35,724 nucleotides of DNA, taken from the NCBI GenBank assembly GCA_035637195.1, contig DASPXQ010000061.1, positions 1-35,724 on the forward strand, given 5' to 3'. How positions within the stretch are numbered: the first letter of the stretch is position 1; every line of letters starts with the position of its first letter. The notes under the pieces are model-generated. The model had not been told where the DNA came from and made no database searches. It saw only the letters and a list, made by a program, of their open reading frames with translations. The DNA is from Thermoplasmata archaeon (GTDB lineage: Archaea > Thermoplasmatota > Thermoplasmata > RBG-16-68-12). Of the stretch, positions 32,662 to 35,724 are shown piece by piece. The position numbers were made by a program, and so were the translations under genes.

Positions 32662-33057
32662 ATGGCGCCCGTGACCCGGACAGCCGTGCACCAACCCGAG
32701 AGTGGCTATCCAGGCACGCCGTACGTCCCGAACGAGGATCGCTGTCTCGAGCTCCTGCGGTTTTTGATCCTCGGCACGCGTGGCGGCCAGAACCGAGCGC
32801 GGATTCTCGCGCTGCTCTTGGACCGACCCCGCCACGCAAACGAACTTGCGCGTGAACTCGACGTGAACTACGGGACCGTCACCCGGCACCTCCGGTGTCT
32901 GATGGAGGCCGGACTCGTCTTACCGCTCACGCCGGGGCGGTACGCGCAGGCATATGCGGTCGCCCCCGTCCTCCGGAAACACGTTGCCGTATTCGAAGAA
33001 CTCCAGTCGGCTCTGCAGGTGTCGCGATTTGGCGCGCTGCCTAAGACCACTCCATGA
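32662..33057 (+). CDS. ArsR/SmtB-like wHTH transcriptional regulator
   Basis: 131 aa. RARILALLLDRPRHANELARELDVNYGTVTRHLRCLMEAGLV. The start could be a few codons downstream. Confidence 0.7.
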   Translation: MAPVTRTAVHQPESGYPGTPYVPNEDRCLELLRFLILGTRGGQNRARILALLLDRPRHANELARELDVNYGTVTRHLRCLMEAGLVLPLTPGRYAQAYAVAPVLRKHVAVFEELQSALQVSRFGALPKTTP

Positions 33058-33931
33058 CGTACTCGCAATGATCGTCTCCCCGGCGAACGCAGCGTGTCTT
33101 CGTTACGGTTCCTGAGAGCTTGCGGCTGCGCAAGATGCCCTCGTACGCGCCGTGGAAACCGGCGCAGAACGCGGGGGTCGGGAGCCACTCATAGTGAAGG
33201 AAGCCGGCGCGGTGCTTCCCGGTCCTGACCTCGAGGCGCCCGTAGTTCCACTCCTTGCTATACACGACGGGGGCTCGCTCGACCAGCACCTCCATCGGGA
33301 CAAGCCTGGAAATCTCGGCTCGGACGGTCGAGATCGCGGGAACGACCTTCGCGCTGACGGACCGGATGAACTGAAAGCTGCCATCGCCGAACCGGGCCTC
33401 TAGGAGTTCGAGGAGTTCGTTGTAGGCGTCCACGGAGAGCCAATCGTCTGCCCCGAGGTCGTCGGGGCTGACACCCCACCCGCGGAGTACGTCTCGGACG
33501 GCGGATGCTCCGAATTCGCGGGACACATGCCGGACGACCAGGAGGGCGAATTGTGCCCGGATCTTGGGAACGAAACCGAGGAGCGTAGCGCTCTTGGCCA
33601 CCGGGTTGTATCGGCGGCTCGCATCCCGGAAGTAGGTGTCGAGGGAGAGTCCCGGCTGGGTAATTGCGTAGAGACGCCCCCGCGCCCGAGCTTCGGGCGT
33701 GAGGCACTCGACGAGGTCCCGGCCGCTCAACTCTCGGAGAGCCCGGCTCACATGCCCGATGCGCAGGGACGTGTCCTCCGCGATCTGACTCGGCAAACGA
33801 GGCCTCGCTGCGAGCGAGCGTAGGACCTTCTCGCGATACCGGCTCGACGCCACGAAACTGAAATCCCGCCACAGCCGGTTCCGAGAGCCCGCCTCACCGC
33901 CGACTAGGGCGCGACCTCGCCTCCGTTTCAT
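33041..33931 (-). CDS. wHTH plus V4R/H-NOX-like ligand-binding domain regulator
   Basis: N-terminal REKVLRSLAARPRLPSQIAEDTSLRIGHVSRALRELSGRDLVE. C-terminal PAFCAGFHGAYEGILRS...VTKTRCVRRGDDHCEYVMEW matches the V4R Cys pattern. The start is ambiguous (33931, 34018 or 34093). The 3' end overlaps the ArsR gene by 17 nt. Confidence 0.65.
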   Translation of the reverse strand: MKRRRGRALVGGEAGSRNRLWRDFSFVASSRYREKVLRSLAARPRLPSQIAEDTSLRIGHVSRALRELSGRDLVECLTPEARARGRLYAITQPGLSLDTYFRDASRRYNPVAKSATLLGFVPKIRAQFALLVVRHVSREFGASAVRDVLRGWGVSPDDLGADDWLSVDAYNELLELLEARFGDGSFQFIRSVSAKVVPAISTVRAEISRLVPMEVLVERAPVVYSKEWNYGRLEVRTGKHRAGFLHYEWLPTPAFCAGFHGAYEGILRSRKLSGTVTKTRCVRRGDDHCEYVMEWS

Positions 33932-34206
33932 CCTCGGCAAATCCACCGGTCGCGTCTTGAGGTTTGCGCGGGTCGGGCGTCTGGATGTCCCGGGACCGCC
34001 TCGGTATTCATCCCCCATGACATGCAAGCCGCACGAGCGCCCGCGCTGAGGTCCGTCGCCCGAGAACCGAAGTTCCCATCCCGACCTGCGCATCGCGGCC
34101 CGGGCTACAAATAGCCGCTGTCAAGGCTCGATCCCACACGGGCCGCGCTCCGCGAGCGAGACTCATCCTTCCTACTCAACGCCGCACGCCGTCATTCGCT
34201 CCTTTC

Positions 34207-35724
34207 CTAGTACAACTTCGGCTTCGCCTGCGGCTCGTTCCAATAGGGCCGCGTCGTGACGTACTTCAGCTTTGCCTCGAACAGGTCGTTCAGGAACTCC
34301 GTCTCTGTGTCCTGCATCCTCGCGAGAATCTTGCTGGCGGTCGTCGGGCCGACGCCATAGACAGAGTTCGCGTACACGGCCCGCTTCCCGTAGACGGCCA
34401 CGAGGTCCGCGATCTGCTTCGACCGGGTGAGGAGCTTCCGTTCCTCGTCCGTGAGGTCGAGCTTCCTCGTCCGCTTCGCATAGGCGTCTCGCACCGTCCA
34501 CGCGGCCCATCCGAGGACCGTCAGAAGTCGCGACTTGCATTTCGCACATTCCGGATGGTCGGGCATCGCGCCGATCCGGACCTCCTCGTGGAAGTGCCCG
34601 CACTCGAAACAAAGGAGGTGAACCGGCTCCGAGGACAGGTGGAGGCGCATCCGGTCCAGGATCTCCCCCCGCTCCGCTTCAGGCGAGAAGAGCTCCGGCG
34701 CCTCGACGTACCGCCGGAGGATCGGATACGCGAGGGTCGTCGGCGTCTCCTCGGATCGGCGGACGACGACCTCGATTTGACCAGCACGAATCTTCTGCAC
34801 GATCTCGCGCACGCGCGCGAAGTCCGCGTGGAGCAGGAGCGCCTCTCGCACCGCCTCGTCGTAAATCGGCGTGTTCGCGAAGCGGACCTCGAACGACCGC
34901 AGGTCGCCCTCGCCGACCGTGAGCCCGCGGCGGATCGCGCCGAATCGCTCCGCAATCGCCTTCATGTAATACCCGAGGGGCAGGTGGTCCTCGAGCAGCG
35001 CCTTCAAGCCACCCTCCAGGGTCTCGTCGTCGATCCTCAACAGGTCGTTCACGAGGCCCTCGACGTCGAGTTCGCGGGTGTCCGCCACGAGCTCGTACAG
35101 GATCCGGTACGGGTCCGTCCACCAGAACCGGACGAGGTGCTTGCGGGCGAGCAGTTCCTCGATCAGGTCGCCCAGGGTGACGTTGACGACCTCGCCGAAC
35201 GACGAATGGACGATCAGGAAGCGGTCGAACGCCTCGACGAGAATCCGGTCGTCCGTCGGCACGGGCGCGCCGGACTTGCGATGGTTCGCGTGCTCCTCGA
35301 CGAGCCGCTTGGCGCCCGTCTTGTTGATCGGCCATGCCGTCTCGAAGTGCTCGACCGTCTTCGAGACGCCGTATCGTTCCAGTCGCGTGTCGATCTCCTT
35401 CCTGATGCGCCCGACGCGCTGCGCGAGGCCGAACGGCACCGGGAGCATCTCGCCGTCCCAGCCGGGGATCATCGCGTTCGGATCCGACACCGGGGTGACG
35501 TAGACCATGCCGTCCTTCCCAATCCGCTCGATCTTCCAGGGCCGCCCGCGGACGATGAAGTGCAGGCCCTCGCGGGCCTTGATCATCATGAACTCCTCGC
35601 CGAGGATGCCCACCTGCCGCTGCGACGTCAGGTCGAGGACCGGGTAGCGGCGCTCGTCGCGGATCGTCGAGAGGTTCTCGAAGTAGTAGCGGCGGCCTTT
35701 CGGGGTCACGCGGATCCTCTCGCC
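34207..35724 (-). CDS. lhr: Lhr-type (large helicase-related) ATP-dependent helicase, C-terminal half; 5' end lies outside the window
   Basis: The reading frame is open to the window edge. DEAD-associated-type region, Cys4 ribbon CFECG...CAKCK, terminal HhH-like VYGVGPTTASKILARM. Confidence 0.75.
   Translation of the reverse strand, partial: GERIRVTPKGRRYYFENLSTIRDERRYPVLDLTSQRQVGILGEEFMMIKAREGLHFIVRGRPWKIERIGKDGMVYVTPVSDPNAMIPGWDGEMLPVPFGLAQRVGRIRKEIDTRLERYGVSKTVEHFETAWPINKTGAKRLVEEHANHRKSGAPVPTDDRILVEAFDRFLIVHSSFGEVVNVTLGDLIEELLARKHLVRFWWTDPYRILYELVADTRELDVEGLVNDLLRIDDETLEGGLKALLEDHLPLGYYMKAIAERFGAIRRGLTVGEGDLRSFEVRFANTPIYDEAVREALLLHADFARVREIVQKIRAGQIEVVVRRSEETPTTLAYPILRRYVEAPELFSPEAERGEILDRMRLHLSSEPVHLLCFECGHFHEEVRIGAMPDHPECAKCKSRLLTVLGWAAWTVRDAYAKRTRKLDLTDEERKLLTRSKQIADLVAVYGKRAVYANSVYGVGPTTASKILARMQDTETEFLNDLFEAKLKYVTTRPYWNEPQAKPKLY
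34209..34300. repeat. Direct repeat partner of 29572-29663 (functional 3' end of the helicase gene)
   Basis: See the alignment. It is in frame with the helicase ORF and terminates with TAG at 34207-34209. Confidence 0.85.

Larger units (their letters stand above)
29572..34300. mobile_element. Putative integrated genomic island bounded by direct repeats of the helicase 3' end; no recombinase seen
   Basis: Flanking 92-nt direct repeats. Patchy lower GC (my hand counts: 50% at 29941-30000, 48% at 31801-31860, but 62-65% in other lines). Cargo of unknown or regulatory genes, one of them frameshifted. Confidence 0.4.

Noticed and set aside
1-35724. CRISPR arrays, rRNA genes, IS elements or transposases, and integrases.
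   Set aside because: No regularly spaced short repeats, rRNA-like conserved segments, terminal inverted repeats with a transposase ORF, or tyrosine/serine recombinase motifs were recognised in any frame.

Overview
This is a high-GC (roughly 65% by eye) archaeal chromosomal window. Evidence for an archaeon: topoisomerase VI B/A, a DRG GTPase, and short A/T-rich TATA-like boxes about 27-33 nt upstream of many start codons. The proteome is not halophile-acidic, and the lineage cannot be fixed from sequence alone. The housekeeping blocks are DRG-VOC-methyltransferase-carbamate kinase, top6B/top6A, tRNA-Arg(GCG), adk, an MFS transporter, an F420-type reductase, amt and the 3' half of an Lhr-type helicase. 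Three accessory segments interrupt them. (i) 8.9-14.0 kb holds a HerA/FtsK-superfamily ATPase with an unusual C-terminal extension. Next to it lie a decayed fragment of a neighbouring gene and a two-gene membrane module that abuts tRNA-Arg. (ii) 19.2-28.1 kb holds a 1485-aa single-pass surface protein with a cytoplasmic alpha/beta tail. Divergently paired with it are a 4-TM protein, a VIT-VWA protein, a membrane-anchored beta-sandwich protein and a signal-less S1 serine protease. (iii) 29.57-34.30 kb is a 4.7-kb insert bracketed by two diverged copies of the last 30 codons of the helicase gene. It carries a frameshifted beta-rich gene with a pore-former-like amphipathic hairpin, a secreted protein and two wHTH regulators, but no recognisable recombinase. 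I rate (iii) and (ii) as the best candidates for something undescribed, followed by (i). No CRISPR array, rRNA or transposase was seen. All family assignments come from motif reading by eye; no database search was run.
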